Counted from the first letter of the stretch, positions 13,301 through 30,927 are shown. The stretch: DNA of 64,000 nucleotides from Spirogloea muscicola (GCA_009602725.1 WELB01000030.1:626447-690446); one strand, 5' to 3'. The notes: generated from the sequence alone by a model not told the origin. Program-made: numbers and translations.

Positions 13301-16266
13301 AAGACCACAGCCTACAAACAACGGCCCAATGTCCTACTAATGATCGTAAGATTGCAACCTCAAGTTGCCTGGAATTCGTGTACGCTCAGTAGATAGGTTC
13401 CAGTCCCTCACCAGCCATCTTATCTTCTCAACCTTGCACCTTGCTTTTTGTGGGCTTGGCCCTACAGAGAAATTGGAAGAACGATCTGCACATGGCTGTC
13501 AGGGATTGCCACATGGCACTCAAGCTTGATGGCCAATCCCCATTTGCGCATCTCGGCATGGCCCTGGCGCTTGAGCAGGTAACACCATATTTAGTGAACG
13601 CGCTCCTGTGCTTCTGATGGATCTGATGAAGAACGACACTGCAATTTTGCTTACCCTCAGAGAATCAACTGGCTGCAACTTTTTTGCGAGCTTGAATCTG
13701 GTTGTAATGTTCCAAGCGTGAGCAATGTAAAGCTTGATTACTGCAAGCTGTTGTATGTAATGGGTCAAGACAGGTACTCTGCCTGTTGACAGCTGGCTGC
13801 TGCCGCCACTTACTGATGTCCGTAGTTGTGCTGCTTCTTTGGCAAAATAGCTAGGACGAGACGAGGAAGCGTTGCAGTGGGCCGTGCGAGCTCACCAGCT
13901 CGACCCGTCGGACCCTGACCTGTCTGCCTGCCTCACTGCGATTCGTCGGAAAGCAGAGACAGGTCCTAATTGTCTTGCCAGGCGCATGCAGATAGATACC
14001 CACTGATAATATTTTACCCCGTGTTGTATGCCTTCGAAGGCTCCTCGAGCACCTGATGCTACTATGATACCACTGTACAAAAGTGCCTAGCGGTGTAGAG
14101 GCTTGCATGCCTTCTTTCCTGTGACTGAACATGCCTTGCTGCATGCTTTGAAGGTCTTGCAGCGACACGCAAAAGGCTGGACGCAAAGAAACCGTCTGAT
14201 AAGAGCAAAGACAATGGCGCCAAGCTCGGCAGTCAGCCAGAGGCTGCGCAGCCCTCTCAGAGTTCCAGCGCAAGCCAGCTGGAAGCCACGACGGACCACC
14301 ATGGCCGGCAGACTGAAGATGAGGAGCAGTCGCAGGGCAGCGCGTCCACGGAGGACCTGGAGGAGGATGCTGAGGGCGGTGAGGAGGACGAGGGCAAGGG
14401 CGGCTCGGAGCTGGACCTGGAGATCGAGGTCGAGTCTGCGGAGCCCACGTCACCTCGAGGAGGCGGCACAGAAGAGGGTGGCCGAGAGAGGGGGATCCCC
14501 CGCATGAGCTTGCGAGTGAGGCGAAGGAACCGAGCAACCGGTGGCGAGTCCGCATCCACGTCCGGCAGGTGCAGTGGCGTCCACGAGAGCCGGCAGGGCG
14601 GACGGCGGGCTGCCGCTGCCGGCAGGCAAGGGCCTGTTGATGTGAAGGTGAGCATCCCAAGAGGCGGTTAGCCTGTTACGAGCAGCGTGGTCTGATCTCA
14701 TCACAATCTCAGCAAGACTTCGACCACTGCTGACACTTAACAAGGTGCAGCACAGACTAATTGGTTGCATGGTTACAGATTGGCGATTTGCATCATCTTG
14801 CTGCCTAGTGATTGCGGTTGCACTGGGCAGCATGTAAACTCCCCCTTCTTCACTCTCATGTGCCCAAGTATTACTACTTGGCAGGCCGAACCGGCAGTGG
14901 ACATGCGACAGCGGTACGTGGGCCACTGCAATACAGGCACAGACATCAAGCAGGCCAGCTTCCTAGGCGATCGAGGTAAAATGTCAACCAGCATGTCTAC
15001 CATATAAGCTGGACGCTGTAATACCCTTCTGCTCTTAATTTTGTTCGTGGAACCAGCTTTGAGATACAGGTAATGATGCGCTTGAGATATAATGTGATGT
15101 AGCTGGGACCCTCTTGTCATAGGCTTAAGGTATCAAAGGTAGGAGGGAGGTTCTAAGCAAAGATGGGACCTTGATTTGCAGTGTGGCAAGACATCGGCTT
15201 AAATGAGTGTGTCATGAGCTAGCTCAAAGAACCCCATCTCTGATTCAGTTCCCTCTTAGATGCAACAGGTGACTTTGTAGCAAGTGGGAGTGACGATGGC
15301 CGATGGTTCATTTGGGAGAAGAAGACTGGCCGCTTAGTGAAAATGTTTCTCGCCGACGACAATGGTGCGCTGCCAGCTCGTCCCCACATCCTCACCTCCT
15401 TCCTGCCAACCACTAAGCGTCAGCCCAATCCTGTCGGACTACTTGCATGAGAGCGGGGGCAACAGGTACACAGGATAGTACCATCTCACGAGGCTTCCTG
15501 TAACTTGGCTTTGTAGATGATTGATCACATCACCACAGCAAGGCCTAATATCTGACTGTTGTGTCTGGTGATTTATGTGCAGTGGTAAATTGTGTACAAA
15601 GTCATCCAATAGACTGCGTGGTGGCAACAAGCGGCATAGATAGCACTATCAAGGTGACAATGTGCTAAGCACTATCACAACCGATCAGTATGTATGAGTG
15701 CACAGTCGATCACTTGTATTGCTCTGACGCACTCTCATTGTACATTGCAGCTGTGGTCGCCTCACGTCTCTGACGCCGCAGAGAGGAACGAGGCGGAGAT
15801 GGAGCCGCTTGCCCGTGTCACGGGCCCTCACCTGCCCGATGCTGTCGAAATGGACCGCGTCATGGCAGACAACCAGCAACGCATGCGTCGGCCCCGTGAT
15901 CTTGGCTTGTGAGCACTACTGTACTGCACATGTTTCTGTCACACTGATAGCTAGCACTGCGGTCCCCCAAGCTGCTGTTCAAACTCTCACAAGGTTCTCA
16001 GCATTTCCGCAAATTAAATCTCTAGTGCATTGACTGACAGTATGTCGCATCTGCCTGCATTTTTCGCTTACTTTCACACTGTCTAAGTATAATTGATCAT
16101 ACCTGAAGAGCGGGAATTGAGTTGAGATTGTCGTCGTTTAATCTGCAGTGACCTTACCGTGCATACACCATTGTACTTGTGCAGGCCCATGGCCCTTCTA
16201 CAACGGCTTCGTGTTGCTGAAGGCCTCGAGGGTGGCACTCATCGGATTGAATGCACCCCAAGCTAA
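10339..16266 (+). CDS. ASG2: WD40 + TPR DCAF protein (WDTC1/ASG2 homolog) with C-terminal CaaX box, multi-exon; true start uncertain
   Basis: MHPSLVGRLQLDAVLN-GHSGCVNTIAWN..LLVSGSDD, NVFCTKFVPETGD, VWSASEDGTLRQHDLRE, DAFARLYDRRMLP, a TPR segment, and VDMRQRYVGHCNTGTDIKQASFLG. The last exon ends RIECTPS* at 16266. Confidence 0.92.
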
Positions 16267-16782
16267 GAATGTGCATATGTTGCTCATGAGATTGCATAGC
16301 CTTCAAGTCCGCATCACGAACCCTCTCTAGACATGGCAGCCCCACTTCTTTCCTCGAAGTCAGTTCCATCAAGCAGTTCCTGCATTGGCATATGGGCCGC
16401 TTTGGATGTGGCGAAGGCCAAGCAGCTGGACATTCCCTGCCATCTTTGGTCTGCAGCCCGCCAGTACGACCTCTTGGCGGCATGTACATTCGTATACAGA
16501 GAAAGCATTGAGTGTTCTCCATGGAGCTTAAAGCTTCTGGGAGGCCTTTACTTGGCAGAGAAGCAGACACTAAGGTTCTCAAGATAAAGAGAAGGGACTC
16601 ATGTGGAACTTTCCCTTGTATAATAAGCTAGGGAAGTCGCGTTCTGTTGGGTGCCGCTCTACTGCCCCTTTTCAGCAGCGGCGTCTCAGGAGCAGTGGCA
16701 TGGAATGTTGCCCCACTGAGCTCAACTAGCAGCATCAGTCGATGAGGAGGCAGAGGTGTGCAACCTCTTGCAGCAACCATCG

Positions 16783-18317
16783 TCAAGAGTAGAAGAGGGA
16801 TGCATAGTTGGAGTGATACAGCAAAGGCCGGGTAAGAGGCCCGGCCAGCAGAATGAAGGCCACCAGCCCCGTTGCAAAGGCGACGGCGACCGCTGCGGCA
16901 TGCAGTGCAAGCAGGTTGAGCTGGTCAGCAATCATTTGCGTTGCTCTCTTTGCCTCATTCCTCAATTTTTCTAAAAAATTGGCGTCTGTTCTAAAGCTGC
17001 GACCATCATTTTCAGTGACGATTGTCAGCGCAGTTTGTGGTCAAGGATAACAAGGGCTTACCTATGCCTTGCGGGCTGCTGTCGATCCCGTCAGAATCTG
17101 GCGGCCCCATAACGTTGCAGAACACATGTGCTGTCACTGGGGCTGCCACATGGCCTGCAGACATTTTCCAGAGATACCATCAGTCAGCTGCATGCAATGA
17201 CACCCGAGGTGCACACACGCGAGCCATGCAGGTTCATTCGAATCTTGCAAAATCTTGGCAGCCAGCAAGCAGGACTCTTCACATGGACGATGCGCACAGC
17301 AGGGAGGCGATTCTCAGACTTGCATGCTTGCCTGTCCTGAGAAAGAGGAATGCGGCGTACCACCCAAAGAGCGTGGTGATTGCCAGCTGCTGTGCTGCCT
17401 CGAGAAGAAACGGCAAGGCGGCATGAGGCTCCTGCGAAGGTCCCCAGAGCGCCACCAAGGCACCGCCAGCGCGGCGTCTCGTCGCCGTCGAATCGGTGGG
17501 CAGCCGCCGGTCACGGGCTGACAAAGAGCTGGCGGCGGAGCGGTCGTTTGTGGAGGAGTGCAGAGCGCTGCTCACTCAGGATGGCAGCTGCGCGCCGCGG
17601 CTCCTCGCCGCGGTACTGCACGAGGTCCCAGAAGTGGTGCAGGTGTGCTGGGCAGCGCAGGCGCACGACCAAGTTTTCTGTCAGCTCTCGTGCCACTTGA
17701 GTCGCACTTATGTGCGATAACGCTTTTCTGGCCACTTGCGAAGTAACTCATCTTTCTGGGCTGGCCGATCACAGCCATCGCCCTCTACTGAAGAGCCCTC
17801 CTGTCGTGCCCGCCCGCAAGCTCAGCGCCTGACTTGGGATGAGGGTAACCCTGAACCCTGAAACCTAACCCTAATTGAAACCCTAAGCCCTATAACCGAA
17901 ACCCATTACTGCACCAGGCTCGCAGAAGAGCGGCGGAGAGCGGCGGCGGCGGCGGAGGCCCCGAGAGGGCTCACCGGGCGCGAAGAAGACGGGCGAGGCC
18001 AGGACGGTGGCGGTGGTGCCGAGGCCGCCGGCGCGCAGCATGGGGCACATGCACGCCCGGAACACCACCTCCTCCGTCACGGGCGCCTGCCCTCCGCCGC
18101 CACCGCCGCCGCCGCCGCCGCCATTGCCGCCGCCATTGCCTCCGTCAGCTGGGCTTAGGGTTCAGGGTATAAGGCTTCGGGGTTTAGGGGTTGTCCACAG
18201 AAGCCGACAGCGGCGGCGGGAGGTGCCGGTGCCCGACCACGACGTAGTCGCGCCAGTTGCGGAGGTCGCGAGCCGCCGCCGCCGCCGCTGCGGCGGCGGC
18301 GGAGAGACGGCGGGGCC
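16783..18317 (-). CDS. FACE2: CAAX prenyl protease 2 (RCE1/FACE2), 5' part in gap
   Basis: Exons give WRDYVV|APVTEEVVFRACMCP, AHLHH, TTLFGWYAAFLFLRTG|HVAAPVTAHVFCNVMG. These are the EExxxR, H and HxxxN catalytic motifs of the Rce1 family. Confidence 0.9.
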
Positions 18318-19198
18318 NNNNNNNNNNNNNNNNNNNNNNNNNNNNNNNNNNNNNNNNNNNNNNNNNNNNNNNNNNNNNNNNNNNNNNNNNNNNNNNNNNN
18401 NNNNNNNNNNNNNNNNNNNNNNNNNNNNNNNNNNNNNNNNNNNNNNNNNNNNNNNNNNNNNNNNNNNNNNNNNNNNNNNNNNNNNNNNNNNNNNNNNNNN
18501 NNNNNNNNNNNNNNNNNNNNNNNNNNNNNNNNNNNNNNNNNNNNNNNNNNNNNNNNNNNNNNNNNNNNNNNNNNNNNNNNNNNNNNNNNNNNNNNNNNNN
18601 NNNNNNNNNNNNNNNNNNNNNNNNNNNNNNNNNNNNNNNNNNNNNNNNNNNNNNNNNNNNNNNNNNNNNNNNNNNNNNNNNNNNNNNNNNNNNNNNNNNN
18701 NNNNNNNNNNNNNNNNNNNNNNNNNNNNNNNNNNNNNNNNNNNNNNNNNNNNNNNNNNNNNNNNNNNNNNNNNNNNNNNNNNNNNNNNNNNNNNNNNNNN
18801 NNNNNNNNNNNNNNNNNNNNNNNNNNNNNNNNNNNNNNNNNNNNNNNNNNNNNNNNNNNNNNNNNNNNNNNNNNNNNNNNNNNNNNNNNNNNNNNNNNNN
18901 NNNNNNNNNNNNNNNNNNNNNNNNNNNNNNNNNNNNNNNNNNNNNNNNNNNNNNNNNNNNNNNNNNNNNNNNNNNNNNNNNNNNNNNNNNNNNNNNNNNN
19001 NNNNNNNNNNNNNNNNNNNNNNNNNNNNNNNNNNNNNNNNNNNNNNNNNNNNNNNNNNNNNNNNNNNNNNNNNNNNNNNNNNNNNNNNNNNNNNNNNNNN
19101 NNNNNNNNNNNNNNNNNNNNNNNNNNNNNNNNNNNNNNNNNNNNNNNNNNNNNNNNNNNNNNNNNNNNNNNNNNNNNNNNNNNNNNNNNNNNNNNNNN

Positions 19199-23390
<4,192 letters not shown>

Positions 23391-23937
23391 GCTCTAGAAT
23401 GTAGAAGTCACCTTGCTGTGCTATTCACTGGGGTAGCATTAGCTACTCACAGACTTGTCACATTCATTTGGAAGTCTTGATGCTAGCTACCAACTGGCAT
23501 CGTGCTGAACACACTCTGTGCTTGATCAAAGCATGACCTTGACAAAGCTGGAGCAGCAAGCCGCTTACTTAGAAAGCCAGCAGAGTTTCGATCTGTTAAT
23601 AGCCATTGAAGAAGGCGCGTAGTGTGCATGGATTGGAAGGGAGACCAAGCTGAGCCAGTACACTGTGATGCCAAATGACCACCGAGCTCAGCGTTGTCGG
23701 ACTTCACAAACGGCACCCTTGTATTCATGTCGCTGATGGTGCTTAGTGCTCGCTGCTTTGCTTAGAAATAAATGAGCTGGATGGAGCACTCTGTAAGGTT
23801 GGACAGAGAGGGCGTCTAGACCCTCCACCATGCAGGCCCAAGTACAAGACTGGTGGTGACCAGTAGGGAAGCAAGAGGAGATGGACAAGCTTGGTCTGCT
23901 CCTGAAGATTCCTAAAGGTCAAGAACAGAGTACTGCA

Positions 23938-25805
23938 CTAGCGGGCAGGGGAGAGCTCGTGCTGGAGCTGCACTGACTTGAGTGCAAGGAGCATGACAGC
24001 CGCCGGGGCGAGGCCCGAGGCTTGGACAACGATGCCGCCAAGCCAGAGCGTGACTGCCACCGCCGCCGCTGCCTCGTGGTACCGCTCACCCCACCACCGC
24101 AACATGGACACGAGCACGAGCACAAGGAGCAGTCCCTTCTCGCCACCACAGCACCATGCGGCGGCCGCGGCGATGCGGTGCCCGCACGGCACGCCCCGCG
24201 CAACCATGAGCACTGCTGCCATGGTGCTAAGAGTGGCGTGCGTCCCGAAAGCATGCCAAAGCACAGCAATCGCCCACAAGACAAAGACGTCCTCGCCGCA
24301 CAAACCGGGATTCTGGTGCGGCCACAGTGCGACGCCCTTGGCTGTCCTCCCATTCACACCTACGGCAGCTGTTGCGCCAGCATTGCCATCACCGTCGCCG
24401 CGCCTCTGATAGGCGTAGCCGGCAGCATTGTCTCGCCTCTTTGGCGGCGGGAATGGACCCATCTCCCACGCAGCATGTCCGGCCATGTTGACGTCGAAAG
24501 ACCGCCGGCTGGCTGTACGCTGGCGCTCTCTACGCCCAAAGGCGCCCTGGCTGCCCCTTGCAGCGTCGCGATATTTGGCACCACCACGCTCTGCAGAAGC
24601 TGAGGGCTCTGCGAGAAGACCAGTAGCCCACAGAGTTTAGATCTTTGACTTTATGTCATGGGGTCAGAGTTTTGGATATTCAGAAGCTTGTGCTGCCATC
24701 ATCAAGTCCTGGACAAGACCAGAACAGCATGCCAGGTGAAAGACGAACCACCTCACTGCTGAGCTGCCACCAAGCCACCGGCCGCACATTACCTGCAGCA
24801 GGTGACGGCCTCGCCATGGGCTCCCTGGCTCTCGCATGGCCGCCGCTGCCTGCGGCTGCATTGGAATTGCTGGCAGTCTGAGCATACTGTGCCGCCCTCC
24901 TCCTCGCCCCGTCCTCGCTTCTGTAGCGGTGCTCCCGCTCGGCTGCCAGCTTTGCCTGCAGTGCCTCATCATACAACCGCCGCTTGTGGTCGTCGCACAG
25001 CACCTGCCAAATCATTTACCACGATAATTAGGCAACAGCTAATGTAGTGCGAGCAGTTTCCGACTGCGTACATAGCTGACTAAGCGGGAGAGATATGACC
25101 AAGTCAGGCACGCCCTGAGTGCCATGCTCTATTAGACCACTAATATGTTGAATCTGATCGAACCAGGCTAAAAACAACGTTAGACTCAAACCCCTAAAGC
25201 GCCAACACTTCAATGTCGTTCACATGACTTTAGCCACAAGCCCCCGGACTTTGAACTCGAAGTGTAGCCGGCCATTCGACCACAACAATATTCCAGGCTA
25301 TCTGAGGCGTAGCCAATTGACCAGAGCGCTTACATCGTATGCATCCTTGATGAGCCGGAACGTCTCGGCGGCATCACGCGCCTTGTTCACGTCCGGATGG
25401 AACTGCAGCCAACCTCAGCGGGTCTGATTAGGAGACCCCGTCAAGAGCAAGCGAATCACGGGCGAGAGGCCCGGGAGGGAGGTGCCCTCAGCGGAGGCTC
25501 TCGGCCGCCACCGCCACCATGGCGACGACGGCGACGACGGCGGAGGCGCCAAAGGCAATTGGGTGGTCAGTGGCTGCGGCAGCCCCTGCGGGCGGACTTG
25601 GGCGCCACGGGCGCAGCATGAGTGGTTGAGGGCTAAGGATTTCGGATTTAGATTTTCGGGTTCAGGGTTTCAAGTGCCGCTTGCGCACCCGGCGGGCGAG
25701 CGCCCGGTAAGCGCATTTGATGGCGGCGCGGCCGGCCGCCGGCTCGAGGCCCAGCGTGCGGTAGTGGCTCGGCGGCGGCGGCGGCGCCGCGGCGGCGGAG
25801 GCCAT
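23938..25805 (-). CDS. DnaJ/J-domain protein with hydrophobic C-terminal region, multi-exon
   Basis: ATG 25805: SHYRTLGLEP..IKCAYRALARR | FHPDVNKARDAAETFRLIKDAYD | VLCDDHKRRLYD, a J-domain with the HPD motif. The last exon (~24590-23938) is open and rich in predicted TM segments. The 3' exon assignment is less certain. Confidence 0.82.
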
Positions 25806-25884
25806 GGCGCCGCTGGCTGGCCGGCCTGGTGGCGCTTGCCGGCCGCTCGGGAGACTGACGGGGGGAGCCTTGGCTAGTACTGTA

Positions 25885-26245
25885 AGCTGGTCTAGCCTTA
25901 CTGGTGGCACAAAGAAAGAAAGGGCTCGCCCATTGAGGATAGGGGGCTGGACAAGCCAGCCCAAAAAAGAATGAACAAAGAACGAGAAGGGGGCCAGAGG
26001 AAGCCAGAGGAAGCGCTAAGAAACCAAAGCACACAAAGAAAGAAAGCAGCTACAAATCACTCAGTAACCCCTGCTAAGCAGCCGCAAATCAGAGAGGCTA
26101 GGGTCCTGGAAGTGGCTTGTCCGTTGCCGTCCGGTATCTGGGTTTCAGTTAGCGACCTCTACGTCCTGACTCGTGGTTACTGAGCGGGTCAGCTTCGCAG
26201 CAGGTGATGTACACCTGTCAATGTGCTTGCCACTGTTCTTGGTCC
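25885..26245 (+). repeat. Dispersed repeat B interrupted by a copy of the ~200 bp element
   Basis: 25885-25913 and 26115-26245 match contiguous sequence at 38917-39080 (core TAGCGACC..GACTCGTGGTTACTGAGCGGGTCAGCTT). Further copies are at ~19757-19868 (GCN5 intron) and ~31980-32145. Confidence 0.8.
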
Positions 26246-28941
26246 ACTCCTTTTGGGCTGGCCTCTCACACTTCATCAACGTGCAGGGCGCGCTCTAAGT
26301 CAGGCCTCCGGCTTTCGTGGCGGCGCTCCAGCTCCCCAAGTTAGCTTGTCAGATTTGTTTGTGCTCACCCGTGGGTATTGATGTCACCTTAGGCACCTTA
26401 CTTTAGGTATGTGTAGCCTTGTTTAGTCTGCACTAGACTTTGCCTGAACAATGTATTGGCTTGAATTGGCCTCCCTTTTATTTCATGCGCCCCGCGCGCT
26501 CTCTCACACGCAGTCACCAATTTGGCCCCCGCTGTCCCTCACTTGGCCACACAGGCCCTCCATCGGGGGGAGCCGTGCCGATGGGGGCCACGTCGACTCG
26601 ACCTGCACCGCTTCTGGAGCTGCTAGCTGCTAATTGAAGTGGCTCTCCCAATGGGGGCAAGGGCTGTGAGAAGCCAGCCCGAAAAGAATCGACAACGGGC
26701 GAAGGGGCTAAAGTACGAAGGCCATCACAATACACACCCCATTCCTTGCCCAGAAGAAAGAAACAGCTCTTCCCGTGGAAGACGATGGTTGTGAGAGGCC
26801 CGCCTAGAGGAAAGCATACAAGGTCTGAAGGGCCGGAAGGTGCAAAAAGCAGGACACTATGCTCCATGATGTCTGCCAATGGAGGCTCAATGACCTCTAG
26901 TTCAGCAAGTGCGGATCAGAATGAATAGAGGGCGGAAGAAAGACTCTTCCAGAAATTGGCTATGGCTGTGATTGGCCAGCCCAGGAGAAGAATGAACAAA
27001 CTTGCCCACAACCCGCCAACTGCTTCTTTAAAGTAGAGGTTTCTGAACGCCCGTTTGCAGTAGTCCCTTGTGTTGTAGTCCCTCCCTTAGTTGTATGGTT
27101 CAGCTCTTTTCCGGCCCCGTAGGACCTTGTCCTAATTCTGTCGGCTGCCTTTTCACATGGACCTGCACCCGGAGACTAGTTTCTCTGACTTGCGGCTGCT
27201 CCACTTAGGCGATATTGAGCACCAAGTGGCCACTTGAGCAGCTGTGTGCTTCAGCGCTCTTCTGGCCCATTCGAGTTATGTTCATCCTCTTTCTGGGCTG
27301 GTCAATCACAGCCATCGCCCTCTACTGGAAGAGTCTGTCATTTACCTGGCATTGGCGCGCAAGCCCCATCTGCCGCCCGCGCCACTCAAAGAAGAGCCAA
27401 ACAATAGCCGGAAAGCCCAAGCCCCGGAATGAAGGGTTGTGACACCTTGATGAGCTGTGGCGGGTGGGTACGGCACCAGCGGGTGGGTAAGGTTGGAAGT
27501 ATGGGAGACGGGCACGCGAGTGCCGTGCTACACTGGCCTTTGGGACCAGGGGTGCCAAATGCGCCACAGATGGCCTTTGCCACCAAGAAACGATGCAATC
27601 ATTACTTGACCGAGCATATACAGAGTGAGGAGGGTCGGGGCCGAGCAGTTCTCCTGACCCAGTCTCTCACTCTTGCAAAACTGCCCCGCGCTGCCGCCGC
27701 GACCGCATTGCTGACGGGCGTCGATCGCTCCTACTGTGCCACGCCAAGAGGGCATATTGCGGAGGAAGAGGCTGGCAGCAGCAGCGCAGCTATAGAGAGC
27801 TTACTCGGGAAGCTCTGCGTCCAGGTCGCAGAAGGCCGGCGCACACTTGGTTAGCCGCGAACCTCGTGATGTTGCGTGACAGTATAATCAAGACTTGAAC
27901 AAGTGTGTGTGGATGTGCCCCTCTTGGTGTGAGATTGCATCTTGCATTGTGGAACTGCAGCTTGTCATTGTTGCTCTTGCGGGCGTTGTGGTGCTTTGAA
28001 CCTTGTCCATTCAGATCGGTCAGCCAGTCATGTTCATTATCACGACTTGATCGCTGTGAATAGAATGCCTTGAGTACTGTTTCCAAACAAAAGACCTGAG
28101 GGTATAAATTATTTACTCCTTCCAGTGTCTCGTGTTTATGCGCTGTTCGTGTGGCTTGTTTCTCAACATTTTTTCCTGATTCGAGACTAAGCCAACTGAG
28201 TACAAGTCACTAAGCGCTGTTGTTAATTTCTTTTGAAAATTTATCATTGGCCTTCTCCATTCTAGCTACAGAAGTCAATGCGCTCATTCAGCTTGGTGGG
28301 GAGGATAAAACCGTGTGAACGGATCTGTTACTGTTGTGTGGCATTCTGTCATTGCTAAGGCTGGCGTTGCCAGACGGTTGTATAGCTGTGCTACGCCATC
28401 AAGGGAAAATCTGACTAACTGTTTACTCGAATAATTAGATGGTAGTTTAACGTTGCCAAACATGTTATCATCATTTCACATTTTATGCAAAAACATGAGT
28501 AGATCAGAAGTAAAGACCTTTTCGGATTTTTTTTCGAAACTTACCTTCAAAAGTAGTTGGAAATAATGCACTTAGGTGTTTTCTTCGGCACAAGAAAATC
28601 CATAATTAACCAAGTTTTACAAATCTGGATTTGAGAAGACTTGTAACTTTAAGTGAAAATAACTTACACATGAGATATATCAAATGATTGATGATTACTT
28701 TCAATTGATTTTCAAAAATATCTTCTCAGAAATTTGTTAAAATTATTGGTCTGAGGTTGATTAAAAGATGGCAAACTAACAAACTGTTCAGGTAATTTCA
28801 TATTGTAAACAACTCGTCCTTTTGTCGAAATCAATGTATTTTCTTTTTTAGTATGCTCAAATTGTCCAACATTGGAGCAAAATCGTTTGGATTATGGATT
28901 AACTGCTACAGTAGCAGCTTTTACTTTCTCTTTACCATTTT

Positions 28942-29454
28942 CTATGAGATGGTTGCAACAGCATTCCTGTTCTGGGTGAGAAGGCTGCTAGGATCGGGAA
29001 CAAATCCGAGGGGGGGGAGGAGGTTCTGGCCGGAGGTGGAGAACATGAAGTTGAGGAAAGCCTTGGTGGCCGAAGCAGCGGGGACGCTGCCAGTGGGGTA
29101 GGTCTTGCGGGCCCAGATGTAGGCGAAAGAGACCATGGGGCAGACACCGGAGCCGGGCTGGAAGATGGTGTTCACTCCGGACCAGGTAGCGGTGGCGGAG
29201 GGCAGGGACACGGGGATGGCGCCGGTCACAGAGCAGGAGTTGCCCTTGTAGTTTTGGCCAGCCTTGTTGTTGGTGGCAGCAATGCGGACGTTGCCGGTGA
29301 CGAAGGTGATGGCGACCGGGGTGCCGAGGTAGCAGATGGCACCGGGGTGGGAGAACACGTACGAAGCGACGCCGCTGGAGCCCGTGGCAGTGACCAGGCG
29401 CGGGGAGCCCCAGCTGACGACCTCCCCGACCTTGCTTGCGGGCCACGGGCGCGC
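28942..29454 (-). CDS. PstS-like phosphate-binding protein, C-terminal half (copy 1); 5' part lies in the N gap
   Basis: WPASKVGEVVSW..GSSGVASYVFSHPGAICYLG..ATNNKAG..PGSGVCPMVSFAY..KAFLNFMFSTSGQNLLPPLGFVP. This follows the pattern of PstS C-lobes (GVA..V...PGAIGY, NKAG, YPI..FTY, GQ....LGYVPLP). Uninterrupted, with strongly C-ending codons. Confidence 0.72.
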   Translation of the reverse strand, partial: ARPWPASKVGEVVSWGSPRLVTATGSSGVASYVFSHPGAICYLGTPVAITFVTGNVRIAATNNKAGQNYKGNSCSVTGAIPVSLPSATATWSGVNTIFQPGSGVCPMVSFAYIWARKTYPTGSVPAASATKAFLNFMFSTSGQNLLPPLGFVPDPSSLLTQNRNAVATIS

Positions 29455-30271
29455 NNNNNNNNNNNNNNNNNNNNNNNNNNNNNNNNNNNNNNNNNNNNNN
29501 NNNNNNNNNNNNNNNNNNNNNNNNNNNNNNNNNNNNNNNNNNNNNNNNNNNNNNNNNNNNNNNNNNNNNNNNNNNNNNNNNNNNNNNNNNNNNNNNNNNN
29601 NNNNNNNNNNNNNNNNNNNNNNNNNNNNNNNNNNNNNNNNNNNNNNNNNNNNNNNNNNNNNNNNNNNNNNNNNNNNNNNNNNNNNNNNNNNNNNNNNNNN
29701 NNNNNNNNNNNNNNNNNNNNNNNNNNNNNNNNNNNNNNNNNNNNNNNNNNNNNNNNNNNNNNNNNNNNNNNNNNNNNNNNNNNNNNNNNNNNNNNNNNNN
29801 NNNNNNNNNNNNNNNNNNNNNNNNNNNNNNNNNNNNNNNNNNNNNNNNNNNNNNNNNNNNNNNNNNNNNNNNNNNNNNNNNNNNNNNNNNNNNNNNNNNN
29901 NNNNNNNNNNNNNNNNNNNNNNNNNNNNNNNNNNNNNNNNNNNNNNNNNNNNNNNNNNNNNNNNNNNNNNNNNNNNNNNNNNNNNNNNNNNNNNNNNNNN
30001 NNNNNNNNNNNNNNNNNNNNNNNNNNNNNNNNNNNNNNNNNNNNNNNNNNNNNNNNNNNNNNNNNNNNNNNNNNNNNNNNNNNNNNNNNNNNNNNNNNNN
30101 NNNNNNNNNNNNNNNNNNNNNNNNNNNNNNNNNNNNNNNNNNNNNNNNNNNNNNNNNNNNNNNNNNNNNNNNNNNNNNNNNNNNNNNNNNNNNNNNNNNN
30201 NNNNNNNNNNNNNNNNNNNNNNNNNNNNNNNNNNNNNNNNNNNNNNNNNNNNNNNNNNNNNNNNNNNNNNN

Positions 30272-30395
<124 letters not shown>

Positions 30396-30927
30396 GATAC
30401 CCGCGGCTCGGCCGCCCGCACGTGCGGCCCGGCTATCGCTCGCCCGGCGGGCGCGGGCCCCTCGCCGGGTGCCGCCCTGTCGCAGACCAGCGCGCTCGCC
30501 ACTCGAGTGGGGCCCCCTCGCCCCGGCCGGTCAGGGCGGAGGTTCCGCGGCCCGCATCTGCTGAGATTCCCGGCGCAGCGAGCCGCTTCTCCGGGGGGAC
30601 CCGGCTGCCATCATCGTTCCTGCCGAAACGATGATGGCTCCACGGCCTGCCGGTCACGCCCACGGTGTGTGCTCTTTGCGCCATGATCGTGCAGCCGCCA
30701 GCCCCGCCGGCCCCTCTCGAGCACCCCTGGAAGCGCGCGCCCCGTAGGGAGAAGCTTCGAGAGGAGATGCGGAATCAGTGAGTGCATCTTGAATCTTCCC
30801 CGCACCTTATGACTCCAGTCCTCTGCCTCATTGGTAGTTTACCACTCTTCTGCCCATTCGTCCTTGTCTTTCAAATCGGGCTGAAGTCTCACAATTTTCG
30901 CCCCCTTTGGAAGAGCCACTCTCTATC

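Noticed and set aside
27480..27850. Possible second non-LTR relic (GRAVLLTQS)
   Set aside because: Similarity to the 39.4 kb fragment is too slight to support by eye.
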